DNA of 63,987 nucleotides, counting the filler, from Thelocarpon superellum (Eukaryota): the NCBI GenBank assembly GCA_026025795.1. It is 5 parts of 5 records of this genome, joined end to end, with 100 filler letters (N's around TTAATTAATTAA, not from the genome) between each part and the next. Parts side by side here need not be neighbours in the genome. Positions count along the whole stretch, not along the records: positions 14,008 to 27,873 come from JAPEUG010000447.1; positions 27,974 to 41,833 come from JAPEUG010000448.1; 3 more parts are not named here. One strand, given 5' to 3'. Numbering within the stretch: position 1 is the stretch's first letter; each line of letters starts with the position of its first letter. The notes beneath the pieces were generated by a model, which worked only from the letters and a program-made list of their open reading frames with translations, had not been told where the DNA came from and did no database searches. Positions 26,521 through 39,262 of the stretch are shown in pieces. A program made the translations under genes and the position numbers.

Positions 26521-27873
26521 ATGGATCTGGTTGGCTCCGGCTTCACCAATCCCTACGCGGTTGTCTACATCGTGTTCCTATGTCTCAGCTTCTTGGTCAG
26601 CTTCGCCGTGACCATCGGTACGTTGTGGATCAAGCATCGTCGCACGCCCAGCCGAGGGATGTTCCGGTTTTATTCATGGGGCATTCTATTGTTCGCGTGG
26701 TTGTGGTATGTTCATGATTCATGCTTTATGATGCGAGGTCTACGGGCATGAGCTGACGATGCGACAGGTACCTCATCCTCTCCGTCATGGATGAGATTCT
26801 CCAGGAGGTCGGGGTCTCGGTGGATAGGATCTACATCATCGTGTGGATCTTGGAGTTGTTCCTGGACTTTGTCGCCGAATTGGCCATACTGGGCATCATC
26901 TACGCCATCATCGCGACCCGAATCAAGCACGCGTGGGAGGGATCATCAGCCGGCCTGCATCTTGCCGTGCGGTGGATTCACGCCGTCGTGGTGGTGATCC
27001 TGACCGTGTTGGCCATCGTCGCCCTTGGCTTTTACATTGCATACCTGGTCGCCGCGGAGGGGGACGGTGGCACGGGCCTCACGGCATACCAGACCTACAA
27101 CAAGCTGGTCACGGCGTGGCAGATACTGTATTGGATCTCAGCCCTCGGCATCATGATGTGGGCCATCGTATCTCTGATTCGGCCACTCAACACGTACTCT
27201 TCACGACGGGTACGTTCTTCCTTCCCTTCCTCCCCCTTGCCCTCGTCTCTCTCCTGACACACTACCAGATCGACGTCTACTTCATTGCGCTCGTCGCCGT
27301 GCCCCAGTTCATCCGAACACTCTACGACATGGTTGTCGCCATTAAATACACATTACCCAGCCCCAGCGGGCCTCTTATGCCGCACTGGCTACAGGCGGTA
27401 TACGTCATCTTCGACATCACTCTACACACGCTGGTCTTTGTCGGCATTCTCGTCCTCGGGCTTTCCAAGCGCTGGAGCTGGCCCGGCGGCGTGGCCCCGG
27501 CGGAGCCAGTGCGCATCAACTGGGCACAGCTGCAGAAACCGACGTTCCCCCCGCCGGCGCCCAACCCGGCGTGGGCTCAGTCCGCGCCGTCCGCGCCGTC
27601 CGCACCGTCGGGCCCATCCGCGCCGTCCGCGCCGTCCGCGCCGTCCATCTCATCCAATGTACCGACCCACTCCTCCGCCGGCCCGACCTCTCACTCCAGC
27701 GCCGGCGGCGCCGGCCTCCCCACCGCTCCGGCAGGGACGCAGTGGGTGCTCCAGCCGGTCGAAGAGCCCGCGGCCCAGTTACACGGCGACGCCGCACCGC
27801 CCGCCGAACTGCACCATTATCCCGACGAGCCGCCGGCAGAGCTGCAAGGCTACTCGTACGGCGAGTCGCCCCC
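26521..27873 (+). CDS. Uncharacterised multi-pass (about 7 TM) membrane protein with Pro/Ala-rich tail, 3'-truncated
   Basis: Exons 26521-26705, 26768-27209, 27269->27873 join in frame through GTATGT..CAG and GTACGT..CAG introns; successive hydrophobic helices. The start codon is uncertain. Confidence 0.7.
27581..27643 (+). repeat. Coding 9-nt minisatellite, 7 units of TCCGCGCCG-like sequence (Ser-Ala-Pro repeats)
   Basis: Direct reading; encodes SAPSAPSAPSGPSAPSAPSAP. Confidence 0.9.
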
Positions 27874-27973
27874 NNNNNNNNNNNNNNNNNNNNNNNNNNN
27901 NNNNNNNNNNNNNNNNNTTAATTAATTAANNNNNNNNNNNNNNNNNNNNNNNNNNNNNNNNNNNNNNNNNNNN
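27874..27973. other. Artificial contig linker
   Basis: N44-TTAATTAATTAA-N44. Confidence 0.98.
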
Positions 27974-28413
27974 TTTACTTGTGTGCGTGCAAGAACGAAG
28001 AACTGTACCTGGTAATGACTTGGGTACTAGTAACAGCAGCAGCAGCAGTAGCACAGAGTGAAAGAAGAGGGAGAGCGAGGTCGAGGCCGGGATCGAGGTT
28101 GAGGGCAAATGCGAAACGTACGTATACAGATAACGAAGTACGTGAAACCGTGAATGTTTGCATGCCTGCATGTTGGAAGGGTAGGGTAGGGAAACATATG
28201 GGTGAAAAGAAGTCTCGCACGAAGCTACTCCTGAAATGCAAATCCAGTCCATGAACCGTGAACCGTGAACTTCTCGCTCCATTCGCCATCCGAATTTTCT
28301 CATGACCCGTCGGCCTCCCACGCAATCTTTGTTTTCTCCTTTCCTTCTTTCCTTCTCTCTTTCCCTCTTTCCCTCTTTCCCCTTCCTTGCTTCCTTCGTG
28401 AGCAGTGCTCTCC

Positions 28414-31400
28414 TCACAAAGCCTTGGCGGCCTTTTGGAGAATCTCCGACAACTTGACGGCAATCTCGTGCTCCTTGACCTTGATGATCCACGTCTTCAA
28501 CTGGCCATCATCGCCCGCCACGGCCATCTGGACGCTGCCTTGGCCCTTGAGCTCGTACTTGCCATGCTTCATCACCGCTGTGTTGAGGATAATGCTGCCG
28601 CGGGGATCGTGGCGCATCAGAATGCGGACTTGTTCCGTCTCGTGGTGCTTCAGCACCCGAAGCGGTCCCACACCTTGGTTGCTCCACGCTTTGAGATCCG
28701 GCTTGAAGAGCATCGCTTTCGCCCGGATCTGATACACGACGTCTTCATCTTCTTCGCCTGCTCCGCTCGACGTGAGGTCGACCTGGGCCGCTTTTTCCTT
28801 CTCCTCGCCGTTGGCTTCGTCATCACTCGCGTCCGCTTCTTGACCGAGGTTGCCCTTGGGCGTGGCTGGTGCGCCGCCCAATTTTGTGCTGGGCGTCGTG
28901 GCAAAAACAGCCGGGCCAGAGATGTTACTGGATGGCGTGGTTCCATTCGTCGATGTGCCAAAGAGGTTGCTCTTGGCGCCAAAAAGATTAGACGTCGGGG
29001 CCGGGGTGGTCGTCGACGGCGCGCCAAATAGACCCGCCGGAGGAGTTGTCGTCGACGATATGGTACTGGCCCCAAAGAGGGCTGATTTGGCGGCAGGGGT
29101 ATTTGATGAGGCGCCAAAGAGACCCGGCGAGGGCGCAGGGAGAATGGAAGATGCGCCGAAGAGACCCGGCGTGGCCGCAAGGCTATCCGATGACGCGCCA
29201 AAGAGAACAGAACTAGTAGCGGTCGTGGCAGGAGTGGTGCTCGTGGCCGGCGTGGCGGGATTCTGGCCGAAGAGGTTCTTGATATCCAGGGCGGGAGTCG
29301 TAGCAGCCGGGGTAGCCTCCGGCTTGGTAATCCGGCTGAAGAGGCTATTGCCTGCGGCAGGGGTCGCAGAAGGTGTGGTGCCGGCGGCTGTCGTGCCAAA
29401 AAGCTTGCTCTTGCCGGCGGCTGGCGTTGCAGCGGGTGTTGAGCCGGCGTTGGAGTTCGCCCCGAACAGATTCTTACTGCTCGTGCCAAATGACGCACCA
29501 GGTGTAGAGCCGGCGAAAACATTCGCTTTGTTGGGAAGAGGCGTCGAGCTCGCGCCGAAGAGACCCTTGTTCGTGGCAGGAGTGGCCGAGATAGCATCGC
29601 TTGCGACAGGAGTCGACGCTGCGTCATTGGCCTCATCCGTCGGCCGCTGCGGATTCGCAAACGTGATACGGCTGGCCAAGGAAGGGTTGGCACTGGGAGT
29701 AATGCTGGTCGGGTCCGAGTCGGGTGAGGTGTCGCCAAGGTGTCCAAAGATGTTGGCGGGCGCTGGCCCCGTCTTCTCCTGCTCCGCTTTGTTCAGGATA
29801 TTCTCAAAGACGCTCGACGTGGCCGACCGCTTATTCGGCGTACCGACAATGCTGTCATCTTCGGCCTTTCTCTTGTGATCAGCCACCTTGCTGAGGGTAC
29901 GGCTCTGCATCACCTTCTTTGGGGCCCTCTCTTCTTCGACCGGAGCATCGGCCTTTCGCTTCGCGCCAATCTTCAGAATCTCGGCTCGTTTTCGGGTGTA
30001 GAATTCTAGTACCGGTCCCAGGTCGTGCGCGGCCGGGGCGTGGGACATCACCTCTTTCACTCCCTCGTTCAACGAGATCAGGCCGTACAACATATCATAT
30101 TGAGACTTTTGGCTTTCAGTGAAATGCACCGGGGCCGGGGTGGGAGGGAGAAATTGGGAGACATCCTCCTTCACCATGGAAGGCGGGAAGGTTGGAGCCA
30201 CCTCACGCGTCGGAGGCGCGGGCGAGAACGCAGCGGGGCCGGGGGCCAGAGGGGCGATCGGGGCGGCAGCAGCTGGCGCTACGGGAGGAGCGACGGGGGC
30301 AGCAGGAGGAGCGGCGGGTGCAGCGAACAACGGGGCCGCCACAGAAGCTGAGGCCGGAGGGGCGTCAACAGACGTGACGGTGGCTGACACGCTGGGGGAT
30401 GTGGACGAAGTAATAGGGGCGGTAAAGGCTGAGGGGGCCCCGAAGATCGGGGCAGGCGTCGTGACGGCCGGCGATGGAGCAGAGGCTCGCTGGGGTGCTT
30501 CCGTAGTCGAAAGAGGCATCTTCAGGACCGCGAATGGATTCGCGTGCGCCTCGACCGGTGACGAGGGCTTTGGTGGAGATGGCGGAGGCTGGGGGGCTTT
30601 CGCAGGCGCCTCAAAGCCGTTGAAGCCACGGAACAGATCGGTACCATTGGTCTTGGGCGGCGACGCGTTGCCCGGTTGCGGCCAGACGGGAAGCGCCGGG
30701 GAGGCCGACTGGGTGATGGAGGCATGAAAGGGCGAGACCGTGTTCATGGATGTGTCGGAATCATTGTAGAAGCCATGGGGGATACCCGACGCAGGAACGT
30801 TGAAGATATGGCCCTTGAAGCCGGCGTCAGGAACGTTTTGTTTGTTGGCCGATGACGGGGAGAACGGGTTGCTGACACTGTCCGGCACGCTGAAGGCAAA
30901 GGTCCCGCTCGGCGGCTTGGCCGCGTTGGGATCCGTAGAGGCGGCGGGCGAGAAGAGTGAGGCTGCCGAAGGTTGACCCATGTTTTCTTGATTTGCCGTA
31001 GTGTCGCCGTTGAACGTACCGAACGCAAAAGGCTTTGGCCCACCGTTCGCAAAGGCGGCATCGGGGGTGGGGTTGAATTGCTGCTTTTCGGGGCTGCGTT
31101 GCGAAGATAGGCTGGAGGTGAAGGAAGCCTTGCTGGGTGATCCTGTCCGCTTCATACCTTTGATGGCGCGAATCCTGCACGTCGAAAGGCCCGAGTCAGC
31201 CATCAAACGCGTCGAGACCGTTGGGAAGAGAGCGGGGAGCATCATGGGCGCGCCGGGCCTGGCAGATCAAGTAGAGCGCGAGGAGATGTGCACGTCCATC
31301 ACGCCTGCCCACTGCGGTGACCGCCAACCGGACCGGCGGAATCAGACGAAATCAGGACCAACTTACTTGCGGTTGGCCAGCTGAGCCGCCGTTGCCTTGG

Positions 31401-31494
31401 TGCTGGGCTCCATCGTGCCACTTCCTGGCGTACTGCCGTCCCCGGTGAAAGACTTCTCACGGCTCCCCTGCACGTCACCCTTGCGCTTTAGCAT
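28414..31494 (-). CDS. NUP2: Nup2/Nup50-like FG nucleoporin with C-terminal RanBP1 domain
   Basis: Exon 1 31494-31367 (MLKRKG...ATAAQLANRK), intron 31366-31175, exon 2 31174-28414 with many LFGAS/LFGT repeats and a Ran-binding domain (GEEDEDVVYQIRAK...WSNQGVGPLRVLKH...RILMR). Confidence 0.85.
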
Positions 31495-32538
31495 CGGCGC
31501 GGCAGAAGGACTGCAGCGCGCGAGCGCGAGCGATGCAAGGGACGAGACCGCGATCGACGGAGAGGGATCACTCCTGAAAGACGTGGAAATCACCGAAGGC
31601 GATCGAGCAGGGTCGACTGTGAGTGTGCGAGGCGTGGGTCAAGATGGGCAAGATGAGCGAGCCACTGGTTCCGAAGCATGAAAGGCTGTGTGGGTGAGAG
31701 AAGGAGGGTGGTAAAGGTGGCCAGTCAGAGTTCAATGTCCAGCCTCGGCCGGCCCGAACACCCCGGTCGGCGGGGGAAATAGACAAAGAAACCTAATCAA
31801 CTGTGGGTGGGGTATCCAACAGACCAGATCGTGGGCGCAGGAAAGGTGAAGTGAATGCGGTTGTGGACGCGTTCTGTTGCGAGGGCAGCGTCCACGTCCG
31901 GGCATCGATCAGTTTCGCGAGGAAGTTGCGAAGTTGCGATGGTCCGCGATGGCAGGGGAATTTGCCGACTGCGAGCCCTCCGACTTACGGCAGTACCCCC
32001 ATAATTTACCGTACTGCAAGTGCAAGAAACCTACCGCTGAACCGTCGTACCGTATTCCCTACTGTGCCTAACGCCAGGCGCCGCACGCCTCCCGAGCGTT
32101 GGTGGTACGTGCTGCTCCCGCTTAGCCTAGCTCATCCTAGTGCGAGGCTCTGCAGCCAATCAGTCCGCGGTCTCATTGCCTCAATAGCCTTTCTGCCTTT
32201 CCGGCCTGTCGAGGTCGAACATTCCAGGAAAGCGAGTCACGTGGCAGTTTGTTCGCCTGTCGAGCTTGAGCCCTGCCTACTAGGCATTGCCCACTAGGCA
32301 ATAGTCAGATCCACCAATTCCGCGGACAGGAGTTGAGCCAAACAACGTGAGAGATGACGCTGAGGTGCGTTTTGTATGAGTAAGGTGTCTGGCTCATGCG
32401 TCTTGGTCATGAAAGCCGGGGAACCGTCCAAGAAAGCGCGGGACCATTTCATTGCTGCGGAGTGTTCCTACCATGCTTAATCGACTTATGTGCTCAGACC
32501 TAGACTTGTCTCGATCGACCCGGGAGAGACTCCAAAAG

Positions 32539-34399
32539 ATGGACCGCTTTTCCCGCGACATTTGGTGGCATATCACCCAGCGTAAGCGGCCCCTTGATGG
32601 TGGCCGGCCAGGAGGCTCACTCGAGTCGGAATGTGACAGACCTTGACGCTCCCGAACTGATCGCTCTCCAATCGGTGTCCAAGGCCTTCCTCCAACTGTC
32701 GCGTGACGGGTATCTTTGGAGAGAGCTCTGCTTTGACTCTTCATCAGCCAAAGCCGCGTGGGTACGCAGGAAAGAAGCCGCGGAGAAGAAGTCTGCCGCG
32801 AAGAAGGGATTGGCGGACGTGGCCAACTCGTCAGACCCCGGCTCCCACGCTACCCCTGCTAAGGCGACATCATCTAGAGGGAGAGGGGCAGACTCGCTTC
32901 TGCGTGCGATGGGATCATGGGATCCCCGATACCCGGAAGAAGAAGTGGACTGGTATGCGGAGTACATCCGGCGATATGCCCCGCTCACGGCCAGCTGGCT
33001 CCGCCGGCCGGTGGACGAGCACGGAAATGTGAATGAAGAGTTTGAGGTTTGCGGCATGGCCGTCTTTAACCCCTCATCATCGAACGGTGCCTCGTGGGGT
33101 AACGTCATCGTGGCACCCATCAGTGACGGCGGCGTCTGTCTCTGGAACTTGGACCGACCCGACGACGCTTATCCTGGTCGACGCATGGGTGATATTCTGG
33201 CGCGAACGGGACCGGATTTTCTCTCCCAGGACGGCTCCGCGCCTTTAGGCGTCACATCGCGGCCCTTCCAGAGAAAGCGAGTGACTCCTGATGGTGTGAT
33301 CGACTGTGTAAGCGTGGATAGTGCCCGGGGGAAGGCTTACTTCAGCGTGGCCGACGGCTTGAATGAGGTAGATCTCGAGACGCTGCAGGTTACCCGCCAC
33401 ACTCGATTCCCCTCTCCCATCATTGCCCTGTCGGAAGCGCGCATGCCAACACCACTGACCGTCGCATCGGAGGATACCCTCCACTTGCATGATCCTCGCG
33501 TGCAACGCGTCGCGGGCGAGCTCGCGCTCGGGGATCCCACCGATCGTTCCAGACAATCCTACTCGCTGCTTTCCGAGCCGGGGCCCGTCGCGATTGCCCA
33601 CGTGCCAAGTTCTGACTTGGGAGGTCTCCCCGACCAACAAGGGGACATATATGTGGCCGGTCGGTTCCCCAGTATCCTGGACTACGACCGCCGCTTTTGG
33701 CCGCGGCTGCGACGGGCAATCTACTCCGGCGGCCAGTTGTCGAGCCTGACCATCATGCCCTTTCTGTCTAGCTTCGATGAGCCGGGAGTTCGGTGGACCA
33801 AACATCGCGGCGGTCACACGCTGGTCGCGTGCGGCGATTACAATGGGAGGGGCTCCCTCGAGCTCCACGGCCTCCGTAACACGTCCTTGCTCCCAGCTGC
33901 CGACAGATCCGACCACGTCAGTTTCGTCAACCGCCAAACGGCGGCCTCGTCGAAACTGCTCTCCGTGGTCACGCAGGGGACCAGCATCGTTACATCAGAC
34001 GCCACCGGCACGCTGAAATGGTTCGAGCGAGACGCTCGAGGCGTGCTCCGTACATTCGACATCAACACAGATGCAGAGGTCCACTCTGACCCTCCTGCGC
34101 ACCCCATCTTCGGGCGCTCGTCGGGAGACGTGGCGCTGAAGCTCTTACCGGTCGACCTCGGCCGAGGCCAGGGGCTGGAGCAGGACGGCATGATGTTCTG
34201 GACGGGCGAACGCCTCGGTATGCTGTCCTTCAACACCACTCCACTCTTCCGCGGCGAGGATTTGGACGAGAAGCTGCACTCGGCGCAAGAGGCGGCGGAG
34301 CTTCACGAGAAACACTCCTACGAGCTGATGATGAGGCGGGCCTTGCAACAACAAGCTGATGAGGTTCGGTTCATGCAAGGTCTTGGGCTGGGGGTGTAG
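32539..34399 (+). CDS. F-box domain protein with probable beta-propeller C-terminus
   Basis: Splicing 32539-32581 to 32640 yields the F-box MDRFSRDIWWHITQHLDAPELIALQSVSKAFLQLSRDGYLWRELC, followed by a long open exon to 34399. Confidence 0.8.
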
Positions 34400-34743
34400 G
34401 TATAGTCGTGGGAAATCTCAGGCTTCCATCGCTTATTTGCGTGGCCTCTGGCGTCACGGGTTCAGGCCATGGATAGATCAGGCCCAGAGGCTTCAGAGCT
34501 CGGGTTTCAAGGGTTATAGGAGTGTAGAGGTGTGACTTCATGCTCCAGCCAGTCCAATGCCGCAATCATTCTTCAGTCCCGCGACCCATGCATGCTAGTA
34601 GTGTACAGAGAGGAGCTTCGGTGGGGCAGAAAACAAGGGTCACGGCTAGAGACCAGAGCAGCCGTCGTTCAGGGCTCGCGGCGACCAGCCAAGCAATCGA
34701 CGCATAACGCCAGCCCGGCCCGACCCCACACGCCGCCTCTCTT

Positions 34744-35420
34744 CTACTCCTCGTCAATATCGCAGTGCCGGCCCAAAACCATGCGCTTGTACTCGGCCGG
34801 GTCCTTGTCCCATAGCTCGGCCGCTTGTCCGTTCAAGGGCGAGGCGCTGAAGTCGTGGTTAGCGGGCCGTGATTACCGCCGCGGGGGCTGACAGCGGAGG
34901 CGGGAAAACGTACTTGTTGGGTTCGCCCAGCAGACTCTGCAAGCTCAGCAACACACTCTGCACGTTGTATACGGCACTCCATTTATCCTTGAGGATATCG
35001 AGGCAGATGCGACCAGAGAAGTCCACGTTTGGATGGTAGATGGGCGTCTTGAAGAGGACGGTCGGCGGGGCGAAAGGGTAGCTGGTGGGAAAGGCAAAGG
35101 TCAGTTTGAAGATGAGCCCTTCGTACGGCGTGGCGTCAGGCCCGGTGATGGTGCCCGTCCAATTCAATAGATTGCCGTCGGCGTTGGGAAAGGCGGAGAT
35201 GCCGGGGGTCGACGACATCATGAGCTGCATGAGCTCGGTCTGCAATCTGTCCGGAATTAGCGGCGAGCCCGACGGCCAGCCCGGAGGAAACCAACCGCTT
35301 GGTGACGCTCTGGGCATCTTGTCGCCGTGCTGGGGACGCTTTCTTGCTCATGCCGAAATGGGCCATGGCGGACGGGACCGCCGTCTGGGGGTTGTCCATG
35401 GCGTATTCGACGCCGTTCAT
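34744..35420 (-). CDS. UBC11: Ubiquitin-conjugating enzyme E2-C (UbcH10/Ubc11, APC/C E2)
   Basis: [24 protein letters not shown]; active site [20 protein letters not shown]; last exon [13 protein letters not shown]...DIDEE*; two introns. Start is ATG 35420 or 35399. Confidence 0.92.
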
Positions 35421-35970
35421 GAAGGGCAAGGTAGCGACCGCAGTGGCGGGAATGGGCAATGAGGGAAATTATTGTATGCACACGCACCACAGCAGTTGAT
35501 CGAGTGGCGAGAAGAGAGTGTGGAGTGGTGTCTTTATCTGCGAAACTGGGAGGCTGGCCAGAGTGGACAGGACTTGGAGGGCGGATTCAGACGAACGTTT
35601 AGGTGGGGTGGGGGACCTTCGGCACGTCTCCGTCTCGCTCGTTAGGTTGTCGACGGTACGCAGGGACATGGGTGTTTACGCCTGCAGGCGATCTGGGTTG
35701 CGCACAGCAACGACCCAATAGTCGCCCGGAGTGACCGCGACGCTGGGGCGAGCCGGGCACATGTTCACGCGAGTGCCAGCGCGCATCGGCGCGCAACTTG
35801 AAACCATGCACGCGTAGAGGTGTAAGTGATTGGTCTGCGACGGGTCATCGTCGTCCACCCTGGCGGGGTGACGGGCTGCATCATGGTAAGCATTCGGATG
35901 GTCGACATCTCGCTCGCCATGCACTCATTCACCTTGCTCACCGCTGCACGACACGGACACTGACGCTGCC

Positions 35971-37632
35971 ATGGACATGCAGTCGCAGCTCGACCCGCTC
36001 CCCGATGATCTGCCCTTTCGCATCATCTCCAAGACTGTGGGCCGGGGCGCCTATGCGTCCATCAAGAAGGCCATCCCGCCCGACCGGTCGTCGCCCGTCT
36101 TTGCTGTGAAGTTCATCCACAAGGCCTACGCCGTCCGCCATGGCCGTGTCTCCGCCAAGCAGATTGCCATGGAGGTGTCCTTGCACTCGCACATTGGCCA
36201 GCATCCCAGCATCATCGAGTACTTTGCCACGGGCGAAGACAATGTGTGGCGGTGGATTGCCATGGAGTTCGCCGAGGGTGGAGACCTCTTCGACAAGATT
36301 GAGGCCGACGTCGGCGTCAGCGAGGACATTGCTCACTTCTACTTCACTCAACTCGTGAGCGGGGTCGGCTACATGCACTCCAAGGGCGTCGGTCACCGCG
36401 ACATCAAACCCGAGAACATCCTGCTGTCCTCCACTGGGGATCTCAAGTTGGCCGACTTTGGCCTGGCCACCTTGTTCTCATACAAGGGCGTGCGAAAGCA
36501 GAGCTCGACCATGTGTGGCAGTCCACCCTACATCGCGCCCGAGGTCATCGCCTGCGGGGCGAAGGGGACACAAACGAAAGGGAGCCGGCATGGCGGAGAC
36601 TACGCGGCCGATCAGGTTGACATTTGGTCCTGTGGGGTGGTGCTGTTCGTCCTGCTCGTCGGCAACACGCCATGGGACGAGCCCAGCTCGACCAGCTGGG
36701 AGTTTGATCAATACGCACGCAGCAACGGTCGCACAGCAGACGAGCTCTGGCAGAAGCCGCCGCACGCGGTCTTGTCCTTGCTTCGCGGCATGATGAGGAT
36801 CGACCCAGCCACACGCTTCACCTTTAAGGACGTCCGTCGACATCCGTGGTTCACCCGGGCGAATCCTTACCTGAGCGCCGACGGCAAGATCGCCAGTCCC
36901 ATCTCGCTGGCGACGAGCATGCTCGAGAGCCTCAAGATCGACTTTACCCAGGAGCCCAAGGCGTCGCAGCCCACGGAGCCCGAATCGATGGATGTCGACG
37001 GCGAGGAGGCCCCGGGCATGAAGCTGGCCTCGACTCAGCCCGAGTTCCCGAACAACGACATGGAGCTTGACTGGGAGCGACCGGTACGGGCGACGACGCA
37101 CGAGCGCTGGAGCGCGAGCCAGCCCACGGGCCAACCCAGCGCCCCACACGCGCTCACCTCGGGCCCCACGTCGTCATGGGACCAGAAATTCTCCGACGAC
37201 CCCAGTATGAGCCAGTTCACCGCGGCGCCCAGCGTTCCCCTGAGCCTGACGCAGCACGCCCAGCGCTTCCAGGACATTGTGCCCTCGCACTCGCTGACGC
37301 GCTTCATCTCGCACCTCCCGCACAGCCTGCTGCTGCCGCTGCTGTCCGAGGCGCTGCACCGGCTCGGCGTGCGCGCGCCCGCCTTCTCATCCGCCGCCCT
37401 CGGCGGCCACGACGCCGCCGTCTGGCTGAAGGTCAAGACGCTGGACGGCCGCCGCTGTCCCCTGGCTGGCGACATTGCAGTGGAGAAGACGGGCATCGAA
37501 GGCCGTCAGGCCGGCGAGGAGTTGCTAGAGGTGCGCTTCGCCAAGATCAAGGGCGATCCGCTCGAGTGGCGCCGCTTCTTCAAGAACGTGGTCGTCTTGT
37601 GTAAGGAGGGCGTGTATGTTCCTGATGAGTGA
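35971..37632 (+). CDS. CHK1: Checkpoint kinase Chk1 (intronless)
   Basis: VGRGAYA, GGDLFDKIEADVG, HRDIKPEN, CGSPPYIAPE, GNTPWDEP, C-terminal LTRF...KGDPLEWRRFFK. Confidence 0.95.
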   Translation: MDMQSQLDPLPDDLPFRIISKTVGRGAYASIKKAIPPDRSSPVFAVKFIHKAYAVRHGRVSAKQIAMEVSLHSHIGQHPSIIEYFATGEDNVWRWIAMEFAEGGDLFDKIEADVGVSEDIAHFYFTQLVSGVGYMHSKGVGHRDIKPENILLSSTGDLKLADFGLATLFSYKGVRKQSSTMCGSPPYIAPEVIACGAKGTQTKGSRHGGDYAADQVDIWSCGVVLFVLLVGNTPWDEPSSTSWEFDQYARSNGRTADELWQKPPHAVLSLLRGMMRIDPATRFTFKDVRRHPWFTRANPYLSADGKIASPISLATSMLESLKIDFTQEPKASQPTEPESMDVDGEEAPGMKLASTQPEFPNNDMELDWERPVRATTHERWSASQPTGQPSAPHALTSGPTSSWDQKFSDDPSMSQFTAAPSVPLSLTQHAQRFQDIVPSHSLTRFISHLPHSLLLPLLSEALHRLGVRAPAFSSAALGGHDAAVWLKVKTLDGRRCPLAGDIAVEKTGIEGRQAGEELLEVRFAKIKGDPLEWRRFFKNVVVLCKEGVYVPDE

Positions 37633-38171
37633 GGGATGGGCGGGGGAAATTGTCACGGTCACGGTCACAGTCACGGTCCTGGTGGGAAAGGGAATAAGAG
37701 GGAGAATGAGGCGAATCAAAGGAGAGAAGAAGGAGCTGCGAAGCAAAGCTATCGTCTGTATCTCTCACGGCTTGTGCTGCGTACAGTCTCATCTAGCGTC
37801 GGCGTTGCCTCCAATCGGAGGAGGATCGGGTCGATCGTGCATCATACATATCCGTGTCGGTTGCTTTCTGTTTTCCGTTTTCTGCTGTGCCTTGTACGTC
37901 AGGTAGTGCATCTCCCTTCGTGGCTTCTCCCCGACGCTGGATGATGAGCATAGACAAATGCAGAGAAATGACAACGGAGAAGGGATCCGTTGGAGAAGAT
38001 ATTGTCATTTGAGGTGAATGTTGATGTGGGTCGTCTGATGCATCATAAAAGGCCTGCTGCTCACTCCACCCTCGTCGTCTCAGCCACCTCAATCAATGCT
38101 CATGCCAGGATCTCCTGACCGTCCTTTCTTCTCCACCAGTCATCCGGCCATCCGCCCCTTCTCCGCTCAAA

Positions 38172-38791
38172 TCACGCATCCTCCACCACAGCCGTCTGTA
38201 AGCCCTTGGGATTCTTGACGTTGACCGCCTGCACGTAGCTGTACAGCTTCTCCTTGGCGCCCTCCTCGTCGTTACGTTTCCGCGAGATGCGCACCCGTAG
38301 TCGGAACGGCACGCCCTTGATTCCCGCCTCCCACACCTTCTTGTTCAGTTGCGGGTCCAGGCGGACGTCGTGTGTTCCCTATCCGTCGCGTCAGTATCTT
38401 CTGGCGCAGTGAGAGGATGGAAGGAAATCATTGAGGGCGTGGCGTTGGCGGGCATCATAGCGGCGATGATAGGCGTAGAACAGCGGCATGGCGGGGAGAA
38501 AGTAGGGAAAGGCTCACCATCGCCTTCTCCGCAAACGATCGAATCTCCTTGATGGCGCGCGGGGCCCGCTTCTTGAAGCTCACGCCGTGTATCTGCGTAC
38601 CGATCTCCACGTCAGCATCTGCTCCATCACGCGCGTCTTCATTCGCCCCATGCCTCCTCCCCCTTCTTCCGGAGATCACGTACTCTCTTGTGAAGGTGGA
38701 TGGTGTATTCGCGGGCAACAACGTCGGCGATGGCAGACCGGCCGGTCTTGCCGGTGGCCTTGCGGCCACTGGTTTTGGTTTTGCTGGACAT
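38172..38791 (-). CDS. RPL31: 60S ribosomal protein L31 (eL31)
   Basis: [61 protein letters not shown]|...[34 protein letters not shown]; two coding introns and a probable 5' UTR intron (about 38861-38794). Confidence 0.95.
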
Positions 38792-39262
38792 TGCTGAGGG
38801 GATGATGAGTTGTCAGCGGCCCCGTCTTGCGTGCGATGAACAGCTTGAGTTGAGACCATACCGTCTAGTTCCCTAGGTCAATATCGTCGCGGGTGTTGCC
38901 GTTGTCAACCACTCTTGTCGACCTCTTTCTTGGTGATTTCGGCGAGCCGGAAATTTCGTCGTCGCGCTGGGACTGCTTAGGGCTCGACGCGAGTCATCGA
39001 AAGATTACCACGTGACTGGTCAGCCCTTGATTACATAACGACCCATCATGGTACGCCAAAGCCTCGGCGCAAGCGGCCAAGCCCAATCACATGCCAGAAT
39101 GCATGGCGAATATGTACCTTCAACTCGAACCCGTCCGTGGCTCGTGCACTCTTGACGCTCACCTCCTCTAAAGCTCTCCCATCTCATCCTCTACATCGCC
39201 TCTTTCCGACCTTTCTCGAATTGGTAGAATTTCTACCGTTGAATCGACAGAAGTCTGTCACC

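Noticed and set aside
28650..30727. Long alternative-frame and antisense ORFs (342, 365 and 202 aa) over the nucleoporin
   Set aside because: Shadows of GC-rich repetitive coding sequence; no independent domain signal.
9712..37632. Apparent kinase/cell-cycle supercluster (polo, Sch9, cyclin, Chk1)
   Set aside because: The genes lie on three different contigs joined artificially.
38455..38859. 134-aa ORF beginning MVSTQ as RPL31
   Set aside because: It reads through introns; the true protein starts at ATG 38791 in another frame.
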